A stretch of DNA of 64,000 bases from Octopus vulgaris (Eukaryota), in assembly GCA_951406725.2 (NCBI GenBank), contig OX597814.1:127038001-127102000 (forward strand). The letters are read 5' to 3'. The notes under the pieces are model-generated. The model had not been told where the DNA came from. It searched no databases and saw only the letters and a program-made list of their open reading frames with translations. A program made the translations under genes and the position numbers. This document shows positions 51,256 to 64,000 of the stretch, piece by piece. How positions within the stretch are numbered: the first letter of the stretch is position 1; every line of letters begins with the position of its first letter.

Positions 51256-51882
51256 TTAAGCTGTATTCTTGTGTATGCACAAGTCTTAAAACTAGTACAC
51301 ATACGGTTTGCAAGATGAAATCAAATTATTTTAATTGAAGATGGTTACTTGCAAGGATGTGCACATACTTTGCAAAGACAAAATGTACACACCAGCAAAT
51401 TTCTGTATATAGCCACAATAAAAATTAGAGAGAACATATCTGGAACTTTATCATAACACGATTTACTACAATTATTTGGGAACATACAAATACTAAGGTA
51501 CTATTATTTGTGACAATGTGAACAGAAGGGGAATGATGACCAAGAGAGTAAAAACTGAGAGGATGTAATGGAAGAAAGACAATAATAGCTACACATTAGT
51601 AATTGACAGAAGGTTAAATAGGAAACAGCATGGGCAGAATAAGGGGATAGAACTAAACATGGGTAGTGCTAAGGGCGAGTTGAGGATGATGGAAAAAGAA
51701 GATTCAAATAGGGAAGATTTGATGCTATCCTTTATTACACAGGATTGTAATGAGAGTGTGGGAGAGTAGAAGTGTAAACAAATACAGAGAGATACTATGT
51801 TCATTTATTTGTGAACATACACACTAAGGTATTATAAGTATTTATCTGAATAAAGACACACTGAAGTATTATATTTATTTGC

Positions 51883-52860
51883 TAGCAGAGATACCCGGTG
51901 TTGCTCGGGACTAAAATGGCATAGTTTGTGTATATATTACAGTTATGTTGAAACAGGTGATACGGGAAAGTGCAGCATTGATGACAAAACATTTGTGGAG
52001 TAAATGATGGGCTAATTCGACTAAGTGACATGCCATGCATATGTTGGGAATATTCCAGGCCCTAACCTGTCATGGAAAATTGGGGGTGGGGTTATGTGAT
52101 TTTTTTAATACACCAAAGAGCTGTCCAGTGGATCTACTCTCCTTTGCGGCAGTCGTTGCTGCATCTAACACAACTCATTGTCTGAAGTTTTGACACCTTC
52201 TTTGGGTTTGTTGTCTTACATCACTCATAAAGTAAATTTGGAGGAACTGTGGTTGTTCATTTGTGGGTAACAGGGAACCAATGAGGTGATAGACTTGCCC
52301 TTGAAATTTGAACATTGGCATAAATCCATGTTCAACTATCTTCTTAGATGCACAAAACAATGTCATCTGAAATGCAGAATTGTATCGTCTGGTATTGTTC
52401 AGAAAATCCTTTGAATGGATGGAAGGGCCTTCCAGAAGATCCATAAGAGGTTGAGGATGAGCTGGTAGTGCTGGTACTCTTACCTTACCAGCTGAGCAGC
52501 ACATGCCATTAGTTTCATTTGGAAATTTTAAAGCTTTGCAGAAATGACAATTTAAGTTTAGCACAACAATTTGGACAAAATTATCATTTTTATAAGAATG
52601 GGATGGATCATATCTGAAAGCAGCTCCAGGAGTTGTGAAGAACAAATTTGTACATAGTCTGTTACTGAGAGCTATTCTATTGGACTGCTGTCTAATCATT
52701 AAAATGTTATTTTAATGATCCAGTATTAAGTGCTGCAGTATGCATTTGCCGATTGGGGGAAAGTCTCATTTCCCTTCTCTCTTGTGAGTCTATCTGACGT
52801 GCTGCAGCATGCCTTTGCTGATCTTGAGAAAGTCTCATCTCATTTGTCTGTGAGGTCCAA
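51883..52860 (-). mobile_element. Helitron fragment (N-terminal Rep/Hel region)
   Basis: ORF 52175..52699: CHFCKALKF..CCSAGKV, RRYNSAFQMT, FQGQVYHLIGSLLP, PQFLQIYF; Helitron/Helentron-like terminal hairpin 'tagcagagatacccggtgttgctcggg' at ~51883-51909. Confidence 0.8.
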
Positions 52861-53234
52861 TGTTTGAAGGGTGCTTTTTACATCCCAGTTACGTGACACT
52901 GACATCGACCACAACTATGATGTGATTGTTTAGTTCTAGAATGACACTGTAGAGTAAGTGTGAGAAGCTGGATCTCATCAGTTTGAACATAGAACAGGGA
53001 CAATATTTGGGATGGATTAAATGCTAAAAGGTTATGAAAGCCTTAATTCACAAATAAAATGCATACTACCATAACATCATCTCAATGACAAAGAGCCAAA
53101 AGTTTCTTATATGACAAGAATCAAACTGATGTCAAATCTCTTTCTTACAGTGTAAATTTTAATTAAAAACATATTTCAGAGGGCCACCTGCTAAACTTGC
53201 GTGTGAGAAAGAGGGGGTGGTGGTGTATTTATAA

Positions 53235-53384
53235 CATTCATGGGCAACTAACTTATAGTCCACAGGACTTTATGAATGGTACACTTAACGAAAAGTTACC
53301 TTGGATTGTAGTAGTGCAGCCTTACCAAATGATTGAGGAGTCATGTTTCATGGCTGACTTCTCAAAGAAGGTTGCCCATGCCTG
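53235..53384. mobile_element. Probable hAT-type MITE
   Basis: TIRs cattcatgggcaact / aggttgcccatgcctg; flanks atttataa / atatatac. Confidence 0.5.
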
Positions 53385-53730
53385 ATATATACAGTGTAGT
53401 TTTTGACAAGATAATAAACTCATTCAAATTCTACAAGCTTGCTTTCTCTGTTTCACTTTTCTCCAGCACATATTAAAACCAAAATTGCTAGGGAGAACAT
53501 TAGATGATGGATCTTAATCATCATCGTTGGTTAACATCCACTTTCCATGCTGGCATAGGTTGGATGGTCTAACTGAAACCTGGCAAGCCAGGAGGCCACA
53601 CCAAGCTCCAGTCTGATTTGGCAAAGTTTCCATAGCTGGATGCTCTTCCTAACACCAACCACTCCAAAAGTGTAGTGGGTGCTTTTTATGTGCCACTGGT
53701 ACAGGAGCCAGTCAGGTAACACTGGCATTG

Positions 53731-53900
53731 GCCATGCTCAAAGGATGCTTTTTATGTGCCACCAGCCATGCTCAAAGGGTGCTTTTTATGTGCCACCAGC
53801 CATGCTCAAAGGGTGCTTTTTATGTGCCACCAGCTACGCTCAAAGGGTGCTTTTTATGTGCCACCAGCTATGCTCAAAGGGTGCTTTTTATGTGTCATTG
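53731..53900. repeat. 34-bp minisatellite, 5 units, derived from the RTE 3' UTR module
   Basis: 'gccatgctcaaagggtgctttttatgtgccacca' starts at 53731, 53765, 53799, 53833 and 53867. Confidence 0.92.
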
Positions 53901-55314
53901 GCATGGAAGCCAGTCAGGCAGCACTGGCATCAGCCACATTCAAATGGTGCTTTTTACGTGCCAGTCAGGTGGCACTGGTCGATGCCAGTGCCACCTACAA
54001 TTTCACTCAGTTCAACAGGTCTTCAAAAGCATGGCACATCACCCAACGACTGAAAGGTGCTTTTAAATGAGCCAGTTATGCAACACTGATATTAGCCATG
54101 ACTACAATCTCACTTGGCTTGCCAGGTCTTCTCAAGCATGATATATCTCCAAAGGTCTCAGTTGCTTGTCATTGTCTCTGTGAGGCCCAGCATTTAAAGG
54201 TTATGCTTCACCACCTCATCCCATGTCTTCCTGGGTCTACCTCTTGCACAGGTTCCCTCCATTGTTAGGGTGTGACACTTCTTCACACAGCTGTCCTCAT
54301 CCATACACATCACATGACCACAGTCGTCTTTCTTGCACACCACATCTGATACTTCTTATGTCCAACTTTTCTCTCAGGGCACTTACAACTCTGTTGTGTA
54401 TGCAGCATACTAGCTTCATTTCTTTCAAGCTTACACATGTCCTCAGCAGTCACAGCCCATGTTTCACTGCTGTGTAGCAAGGCTGCTCACACACAGGCAT
54501 CATAGTCTACCTTTCACTTCGCGCGAGAGACCCTTTGTTACCAGCAGAGGTAGGAGCTCTCTGAACTTTGCCCAGCCTATTTTTCTGTACATTTTCAGTG
54601 TTTATTGTACCTGTGCATCTGCCACTCACAAAAACTATCTTCCCAGTTAATTTTCTTTTTATATTACTGCACCTCTTATGTGTTGATAGCTTACACCAGG
54701 TACACCTTATGGAGTTTCTACCTATGTTTTTCCTACAGATCAAGCAGGATCATTTACCTGAAGGTATTTGTGATTTGTTTGCCTTCCTACTTATTAAGAC
54801 ACTGGTTTTTGCTAGGTTAACTCTAAAGACCTTACAGATCTTGCTTCAACACCTGAAATTTCTCTAGTTTTTATAGTGAATCAAGTCATTAGCATAGAAG
54901 AGCTCCTAGGGGCAGCTTGTCTTGAATTCCTCCGTTATTGCCTGGAGGAATATGATGAACAAGAGAGGGCTGAGGACTGATCTTTAGTGAAGCCTACTTC
55001 TATGTGGAATTCTTTGCTATACTCGTTGCGAATCCTCATCTTCCTGGTAGCATTTCTGTACATGGTTTCTACAGCTTTCACCAACCATTCATCTATCCCT
55101 AGTTTCCTCATTGACCACCAGATAAGTGATCGGGGGACTCTGTCAAAAGTTTTCTCCATGTCAACAAAAGCCAAGTACAGAGGTTTATCTTTGGCAAGGA
55201 ATTTCTCTTGCAGCTGTCTTATCAGAAGTATAGCATCCGTGATGACTCCTTTGAGTATCACTTGGTTAACTATACAGGTGACTAGATTATAGCCTACACC
55301 GCCAGATACTTTAA

Positions 55315-55535
55315 CCCTTTTGTTACCAACCCGGCTGAAACCGGCTCTGGCTCTGTAGTACAAATGTTTTGTTTTCATAAGTTTTGCATTAAAATCTACC
55401 ACCAAATCTTAGTCATAATTTATGTTCCTAACACAAGCTTAATGATAACTAAGTTATTTTACTAAATTCTTTGTTATATTTAAAATAATTGAAAGAAACA
55501 CAGAGCTTCTCAAAATAAATACAGTAACAAAAGGG
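55315..55535. mobile_element. piggyBac-like MITE with TTAA TSD
   Basis: TTAA-CCCTTTTGTTAC...GTAACAAAAGGG-TTAA; removing it restores the RTE peptide ITAQVLKVSGG. Confidence 0.88.
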
Positions 55536-55699
55536 TTAAGCACCTGAGCAGTGATTCTTGATGGGATCATTAAACTAATTTTGATAAAGCTAAAATTAGC
55601 CTTAATGGTTTTTTTTTTCACAGCCTAATTATGTACTTCATTGAGTGTAGCAGGGGTCAGTTACTTTTGAATAAATACAGTACCTCTGTTCAAATAAGA

Positions 55700-57790
55700 A
55701 GTAGGTCTTGGTTCCTGCAATGAGGAGGGAATCAGACTGCTGGAGTTCTGTGATGCAAATGATCTTATTGTTTCTAATACTAACTTCAGGAAACCTGCCA
55801 GTCACCTAGTCATCTACCGGTCTGGTAGACACACTAGTCAGATTGACTACATCCTCACCAGGAAACGGGAAAGATGGCTACTTAAAAATGCCGAAACCTT
55901 CCCAGGTGAAGAATGCACCTCACAACATAGGTTAGTAGTTAGTAACTTCAGGATCAGGGCTAAATGGATGCCCAGAAGATGACCAGCATGGAAAAGAAAA
56001 GTCTGGAAGCTTAAGAATCCTGTGAATGGACAGAGATTTAGAGACGTATTACTCAAAGCTTTTGATGAAATAGAGGGGGTATAGCTTCACTTAATGTGGA
56101 AGACAACTGGAGGTTTCTACGGGACAACCTGTTGAAGGTTACTGACGAAATCTGTGGATGGTGTAAAGTCCCCTCTCAACCTAAGGTAATGTGGTAGTGA
56201 AACAATGTAGTTGACAGGGCCATTAGGGAAAAGAAACAGGCATGGAAAGACTGGCAGAACGGTGGTAGCAGGGAACTGTATCAGATTGCCAGAAGGGAAG
56301 TTAGGAGACAGGTTTACTTAGCCAGAGGGGAAGCAGATAAGAGAAAATTTGCCAATGTTATGCATCATGAGGACCAAGGATTCATGTTACAAGACAGTGT
56401 GTAAGGGAGAATTGTGATGTCATAGGAAAGAAATGTGTCTGCATGGATAATGGCTCACTTGCATTTAAGGAGGCTGCAAAGAGAGAAACTTGGAGACACC
56501 ACCATGAAAGGTTGCTAGATGAAGAGAATGAATGGGAGTCTGCCAAATATCGACCCAACAGAGGGATCAGCTATCCAAATTGACAGTACCTTGGTAGATA
56601 AAGCAATTAAGGGTATGAAGACAGGGTAAGCCCTTGGTCCATCATAAATCACCACAGAGATGCTTAAAATATCTGGTGGCGTTGGTCATAGTCTAGTCAC
56701 CTGGGAGTCAATCAGATGTTACATGAAGGAGTCATACCCAATGACTGGTGTAGTAGCACCATAGGCAGTTACGACAAAGGTAAAGGTGATGCATTAGATA
56801 GGAATAATTACAGAGGTATCATTTTGTTGGATCAGGTGATGGAAGTCATGGAGAAGGTCAAAGCTAGGGAGAGAGTCAGTTTAGATGAGATGCAGTTTGG
56901 GTTTGTGCCAGGGAGAAGCACCACTGATGCTATATTTCTGGTAAGACAGCTGCAGGAGAAATACCTAGCCAAAGATAAACATCTGTACTTGGCTTTTGTT
57001 TACATGGAGAAAACATTTGACAGAGTTCCCCAATCCCTTATCTGGTGGTCAATGAGGAAACTAGGGATAGATGAGTGGTTAGTGACTGCTGTACAAGCCA
57101 TGTACAGGGATGCTGTCAGTATGGTGAGGGTTGGCAATGAGTATCGTGAAGAATTCTGGGAAGGGGTAGGGGTCCACCAAGGATCAGTCCCTAGCCCCCT
57201 CTTATTCATCATAGTCCTCCAGACAATAACAGAGGAATTCAAGACAGGATGCCCCTGGGAGCTCCTCTATGCTGACGACCTTGCTATAATTACTGAGTCA
57301 CTATCAGAACTTGAGGAGAAGTTTCAGATGTAGAAGCAATGTCTAGAATTGAAGGGCCTTAGAGTGAATCTAGCAAAAACCAATGTCTTAGTAAATAGGA
57401 AGGCAGACAAAATCACAAATCATTTCAGGTAGATGGCCCTGCTTGATCTGTAGGAATGGCATAGGTAGTAACTCCATGAGATGTGCCCAGTGTAAGCTAT
57501 GAACACATAAGAGGTGCAGCAATATCAAAGGAAGGCTAACTAGGAAGATAGTTTTTGTCTGTAGCAAATACACAGGGGCAATAAATACTGAAAATGTGCA
57601 GAAAACGGCTTCCGTCACATTCCTGGATGAAAAACTAGAAGCAATTGATAGCTTCCATTACCTAGGTGACCTAGTCAATAGCAGGGGTGGATGCTCTGAG
57701 AGCGTAACTGCTAGAACAAGAATAGCCTGGCAAAGTCAAACTGTCCAACCCATACCAGCATGGAAAGTAGATGTTAAACAGTGATGATGA
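55700..57790 (+). mobile_element. RTE LINE (end of APE, RT, PHD-like insert), decayed
   Basis: QIDYIL (~55839); ORF 56716..57333 with QFGF, GVHQGS and YADD; Cys-rich insert at 57434-57570; short tail. Confidence 0.88.
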
Positions 57791-58049
57791 TTTATCTAAA
57801 AATAAAGAACCACCACCCCACTCAATGAAGTATATTATTTGGCTGTGGAAAAAAAAAACCCACTAAGGTTAATTTGAGCTTTATCAAAGTTTGTCTGATG
57901 GATCCATTATCTAATGTCCTCTCTAGCAATTTTACTTTTAACATACACTGCAGAGAAGTGAGACAAAGAGAAAGTAAGCATGAAGAATTTAAATGACTTT
58001 AGTATCTAGTGAAAAACTACACATTATAGATCCACACACACACACTCTA

Positions 58050-59190
58050 AAGGACCCTGCAGTTGGTAATAGTGGTAGAGAAATTCTAATCAATGCATAT
58101 AAGAAAAAAGATTTAGGTATCTGCAGAATAGATGACAACTGGGAATTTCTATGAAATAACCTGCTTGGGGCTACATATCAGTTATGTGGTTGGAGCACAG
58201 TATCAGGCTAAAAGTAATGCTGAAAAGGGTTGTAAAGACTAAGTGACAGGCTTGGAAATTCCAGGAGGAAGGTGGTAGTACAGAGCATTACTACATGAGT
58301 AGAAGTGTAGCTAGGCAACAGGTATACTAGGCTAGGGGCCAAGCAGAAAGGAAGAGATTTGTGCATGTCCCGCAATGTGAGGATTAAAGGTGTGAAATGT
58401 TCAGGATTGCAACACAGAACCAAGATGTCATAGGTGAGAAGTGTATTCAGAACAATGAAGGTATACTTGCCATTGGTGTGGAAGACAAGAAAGAGATAAG
58501 TGCTATTATGAAATGCTAAATGTGGAGAATGTATGGGATAAAGGGAAGCGGCTTCAAGCTGACTACACAAGGATCAGTAATTAAAGTTGATAGCAATGAT
58601 TAATTGATCAAGGACATGGAGAGGGAAAGCTGCACATGTATCAGAAATAGTTGTAGAGATGCTCAAAATATCTGGAGGAGGAGGATATATGATTACAAAC
58701 TGGATAGCTAACCAAATTACATACGAAGGTGTATACAATGGCTGGTGTAGTAGTATCATACTAAACCACTACATAGACAACAAAGATACATTACAGAGAG
58801 GAAATTATAGAGGAATCAAACTACTGGATCAGGTTATGAGCTCAGAGAGAGATTTATAGCTCAATTAATCTATGAGAGAGTAGACTTAGATGAGATGCAG
58901 CTTGGCTTTATGTCCAGAAGAGGTACTATGGATGCAATCTTCCTAGTGGGACAACTCCAGAAGTACTTGGCTAAGAATAAACCACTATTCTTGGCACTCA
59001 TTGACCTGAAGGTTTTTGACAGGAACCACATTCAATAATTTGATGGTCACTAAGGGAACTAGGTGGAGACAAGTTGGCTTGTGAAGGCTGTTCAAGTTAT
59101 GTACAAAGATGCAGTAAGTAAAATGTCAACAAATGATTTCATTGCTAAAAAATAGTGTGTGGATAAGAATTCATCAAGGTTCAGAGAATG
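58050..59190 (+). mobile_element. Old decayed RTE fragment
   Basis: MLKISGG..NYRGIKLLDQVM (58659..58859); DEMQLGF. Confidence 0.65.
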
Positions 59191-60614
59191 TACTGGGTGC
59201 TTTTTAGGTGGTACCAGCACTGACAGGGTCACCAAGTACCTTGCAAGACAAAACCCCCTCAGCTGGGAGGGGGTGGCTTTGTGCCAGTTGAGAGATTAAA
59301 GGTATCGAGGGCATCCAGCTGTAAAAACCTGTGGATCCAGGCCTTGCCAGCTCCTGTCAAACTGTCTAAACCCATGCCACCATGGAAAATGTATGTTAAA
59401 TGATGATTATATATATTAGGGCAATAGAGAGAAATGAAGGGAAAGAGCAAGTGATGGATAGATACCAAATATTTTCAAGTAATAACTAAAATCTAAACAA
59501 TGATTTCTAGCATCATTTCAGTATGAAGTATGCATATATTAGAAAATAATAATTCAACTTGAGATTGAATTAAGTAGGAGTTCAGTATGGGAGTTAAAAA
59601 TAATGAAGTGTCAACTTATCTAAATCTTTAGAAATATCACTTGGCATCCACTTATGGTATGAGTGTGTGTGTGTATATTCATATATACTCATCACCATTA
59701 TCTAATATCTGTGTTCCATGTTGGCATTGCTGGACAGACAATGATCTAATGAATCAACGACAGTATTGTACTCCAGTGTCTACTTTGGCATGATTTCTAT
59801 GGCTGGCTGCCCTTCTTAATGTCAACCACTTCACAGTGTGTACTAGGTGCCTTTTTGTTCCACTGGCACTATCGAGGTCACTTCGTGTAGCTTGCAAGTC
59901 AATAAACCCAGGGAAGGAGGATGTTGCCTCTGTATACTAGAAAGAGGTTAAGGTGTAAGGGAAGAAGTTAGAAAAGAGCATGTTTTTGTTGTAGAGGGGC
60001 TACATGACTACACATATTTAGGAGAAGAGTGAGAATGAATTAGCTGAATCTACAAGGAGATAGACAGTAGTCCAGGTGGCATTTCAGAGAGCAGGAGCTG
60101 TAGCAGGTGGGGAAAATGGGGTTTGCAAGAGTGGGGGGAGAGGCAGGGGAAGTGGAAAAGAGAGGCAGGCAACATCTGTAAGGATTGAGGGGAGCGGGTG
60201 CACGAGTTGGGGAGGCTACACAGATTCTACGTGTATGGTAGTAACCCTGTAGGATACTGCTGACAGCGGGAGGAGAGAGACAGATACTGATGTGTTCTGC
60301 AGGAGAAGAACAGAGATAAAACAGGTATAATGCACGAGATAATTTGGTAGTCCAGGGAGAGGGAGCACCACTGTGACATGTGAGTATGGAGAACAATAGT
60401 AATGGATAAAGAATGGTTAACAAGTGGGATGGTTCTGGATTGTAAGAGAGAACAGTGGTAGCAAGATGGTGTGGAGGGCAACACAAGGCAGGGATTGATT
60501 GATCAGGGTACTCATACAAACAGTCCAACCCATGCATGCCAGCATGGAAAATGGACATTAGATGATGATACACTCAAGCACACATATGCACAATTATATC
60601 CTCACTGTTAAACA

Positions 60615-62420
60615 TCAGTTTTCCATGCTGGTATGGGTTGGATGGTTTGACTAAGGGCTGGCGAGCCAGAAGGCTGCACCAGTCTCCAATCTGATCTAGC
60701 AAAGTATCTACAGCTTGATGTCCTTCCTAATGCCAACCACTCCAAGAGTGTAGTGGGTGCTTTTACATGCTACCGGCATGAGGGCCAGTCAGGTAGTACT
60801 GGCATCAGCCACACTCAAATGCTTTTTATGTGCCACCTGCACAGGAGCCAGTTTGGCAACGACCACATTCAAATGGTGCTTTTTTTTTTATGTGCCACCG
60901 GCACGGGAGCCAGTCAGCGGCCCAGGCAACAATCATGCTCGAATGGTGCTTTTAACATTCCACTGGCACAGGTGCCAATCAGGCAGTACTGTTATTGGCC
61001 ACGACAGCGGAAGCTGACTTCTAGAATTTTAATCTCCTCTGCATTCAAGGCCCATATCTCACTACCATGCAGCATTGCAGTTCTAACACAAGCATAATAT
61101 AATCAACCTTTCACTCTGAAGGAAAAACCCTTTGTTACCAACAGTGGTAAGAACTCCTTGAGCATTTTCCAGTCCATTCTTAATCTGGTTACTATGCTTT
61201 CAGAGCAGTCACCTCCCTTGCTAATTATATCTTCTAAGTAACAAAGCTTAAATGATCCACCTGGGTATTTAAGAGATTTAATTTTTGGAGCACTAGTACG
61301 AACTGCTCTTGTGCATCTACCACATGTGAAGCCTACATTTTCAGAAAGTTTGCCAATGATTCTGCTACATCGCTTGTGCATCCACAGCTTACACTGAGTA
61401 GAGTGTATGGAGTTTACACCAACTCCTTTTTTGCATATCAAGCAAGGTCATTTCCCTGAAGGTACCAGAGTCCTGTCTTCTTTCTTACTTATTAAAACCT
61501 TTAGGGCGACCTGCTGTGCTTGAGGAGACCTACTGAGTCAAGTACATCAACATCAAAATAAAAATCAAATGGATACTGTAGTTGTGATACCCATGCTGGT
61601 GGCATGTTGGACCTAATAGAGGAAATGACGAAAGACCGAGACCTCTGTGATATGCTGTGACTGCGAAGACCTGACTAATGAAGTGAGTTCATGGCTCGCA
61701 GGATGGCCTGCTGTGCTAACCTTAGATCGAAGAGTGACCCGCTGTGCTTGAGGAGACCTATTGAGTCAAGTACGTCAACACCAACATCAAAATAAAAATC
61801 AAATGGAAATTGTAGTTAAGATACCCGTGCCGGTGGCACGTAAAAAGCACCATCCACACATGGCTGATACCAGAACCGCCTGACTGGCATCCGGGTTGGT
61901 GACACGTAAAAAGCACCAACGATCGTGGCCATTTGCCAGCTTCCTCTGGCCCCTGTGCTGGTGGCACGTAAAAAGCACCCACTACATTCACGGAGTGGTT
62001 GGCGTTAGGAAGGGCATCCAGCTGTAGAAACACTGCCAGATCAGACTGGAGCCTGGTGCAGCCTCCTGGCTTCCCAGACCCCGGTCAAACTGTCCAATCC
62101 ATGCTAGTATGGAAAACAGACGTTAAACAATGATGATGGTTACCTTAAGGCCTTTCAATTCTATGTTTAGCTACCATTCTTGGAATTTCTTCTCCAAATC
62201 CTCTATGGATTCAGTTACGAGGACTAGTCATTAGTGTACAGGGCAGCCAGTGTTAAACTCCTTTGTGATGGATAGGAGAGGGCTGAGAGCCCTGATGGAT
62301 TCTAACCCTCACACTAAATTCCTCACTGAAATTGTTGACTCTTCACTTTATTGCATCTTTGTACATGGCTTGCACAGCTCTCAAAAGCCATTTGTTAATA
62401 CTTAATTTCCTTAGTGACCA
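60615..62420 (-). mobile_element. Decayed RTE fragment with a nested plus-strand RTE 3' UTR (61500-62137)
   Basis: ORF 61103..61441 (Cys-rich insert); WLLRAVQAMY at ~62360-62390; the nested tail ends in tgatgatg. Confidence 0.75.
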
Positions 62421-63189
62421 CTAGGTTACTCTATGTATGCATGTATGAATTTTTATATAAACCTACAGTCTCACCTTCTTGCAAGTGGTTTGTTTCTAGT
62501 GAAAACATGTCCAGCCATAGGGAAATATTATCTTAGTTGGAAATAGGTGGAGTTGGTGATAGGAAGGGCATCTGGTTAAAGAAAATCTGCTTCAACAAAC
62601 TAACCCATACAAGCATGGATGTTAAAGATATATATACACACACACAATATGTGGGATAAACTGGCTTTGGGAAGAATGACAAGTGGACATTGGCAGCTGT
62701 AGTAAAGTTATGTGGTATATTACAGCTGGTGAGTGTAGGTATGTGTTGTCTGATAACAATCAGGTGTACATAGAGAAAATGTAGTCTGGTTTGTTGAAGT
62801 AGTAGTTACATATGAGCTAGCAACTTTGTAGGAAAATACATTAAAGAAGCCATATCCAAAAAATAAAGCTTCTTCCACAAGCATACACTAACAGTAAAGC
62901 AGTGAAATATAATTGAGCTTTATTTTCAAATACTTTACCATTCATAATATCGGTGGTCTGGACAAAACTTTCAACATTCTTCAACTTGGTTGTCATATAC
63001 TGTTTACAACATTCACAACCAGTGTTTTGTTAATGATTTATTGCTATTTACTTTCTCTGTAAGATCCTCTTATTTTCTAGGTTTGTCGTGTTAGGATATC
63101 AACAAAAACTTATCTGTCCTATTAGTCAAGTTCATTTCCTTCTAGGTATAGATTTTAAGCTGTTGCCAACTTCTGGTATTTTTTAAATT

Positions 63190-63370
63190 TTGCTACAGTT
63201 ACAGTTGATTTTTCTGGGTTAGTAGCTGGGAATCAATTGTTTTACTCAGCTGAAATGTTAACTTCAATATACCAAGCACAAAGTGTACATGTTTGCAAAT
63301 GCTACCTGCAATATCATAATGTAGCAAAGTAGCGATTTGTTACATTAAGATATATACCTGAACTACTGAT
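63190..63370 (-). pseudogene. Possible SWIM zinc-finger remnant (MULE-like transposase)
   Basis: Minus-strand translation DIAGSICKHVHFVL; flanking stops; upstream CxC not visible. Confidence 0.3.
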
Positions 63371-64000
63371 GGCTTTGTTATAAAGTTTTAGAAGGAGAAC
63401 CTGTTTGGAGCAACAGATGTATTTGCTAAATACAAGTACGCAAATCTAGTGTAAAATATCAATTATATAAATTACATACAGAAAGAAATGAATGAAAATA
63501 AACAGGACTGCAATAATAGGAACTACAACAACTATCCATATAGTTGATATACTTACTCTTCCTCACTGGCACTCATCTGAGTCTTTAACCCCACTGCATC
63601 ACATAGACTGCAAGCTCTACTTCCTCCCAAGCTGTAGCCAGTTGTTCTGGTTCCTTGCCAAAAGTTCTCTCAATTTTTGGAACCTTACCAAATATCTCCT
63701 CAACCATAATGGTTGTGTATGTACCTCCACAGAGAAAGCTTCAATGTTTTCATACTTGGTAAAACTCTACAAAAACTTCCTATATCTATTCTACCAAGCT
63801 TATCACTACCTATATATACATATCAAGTATAAAAATGCTTTTGGTTACTCCATACCAACAAGAGCAATGACTCTGACAACATACCCTCCATTAATCTCAA
63901 ACAGTGGCATACCCTTGCCAAATCTCTTCAAAATTTCTTTTTCTATAGAAATCTACTCTGGTTTTTGGAAACATGCTATAGTATGTTCCATCTCCAGGAA

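Larger units (their letters stand above)
53518..55560 (-). mobile_element. RTE LINE 3' half with internal deletions
   Basis: ORFs 54935..55405 and 54507..54743; 3' UTR 53518-54130. Confidence 0.85.

Noticed and set aside
63558-64000. Upstream host exon (GTAAGT donor near 63555 on the minus strand)
   Set aside because: Stops interrupt the frames I read and there is no recognisable domain; it is more likely decayed TE sequence.

Overview
This is AT-rich, repeat-dense animal DNA, most likely from a cephalopod (Octopus-like); that assignment is inferred from the repeat families, not from a database match. It looks like the interior of a very large intron. I found one credible host exon, a minus-strand RRM (RNP2) exon at 49880-50143. 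The rest is nested transposon sequence: many RTE-clade LINE copies (one near full length at ~23233-27470, with a C4HC3 PHD-like finger inside the RT and a modular 3' UTR ending in (GAT)n), CR1/L2-like and BovB-like LINE fragments, a decayed Gypsy element, a Tc1 transposase remnant, a Helitron fragment, piggyBac- and hAT-type MITEs, tRNA-derived SINEs and microsatellites. The most notable signal is a Penelope-like element (PLE)/ribozyme system. It comprises an uninterrupted ~660-codon RT+GIY-YIG ORF fused in frame to an RTE fragment, two further PLE copies, and seven recognisable type I hammerhead motifs plus one degenerate one. Four of the hammerheads lie in a non-coding 1.4-kb retrozyme-like cluster (46677-48150) containing a ~644-nt hammerhead-to-hammerhead unit and a ~450-bp fold-back palindrome with one hammerhead per arm. 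All structures were read by eye, and boundaries of decayed elements are approximate.
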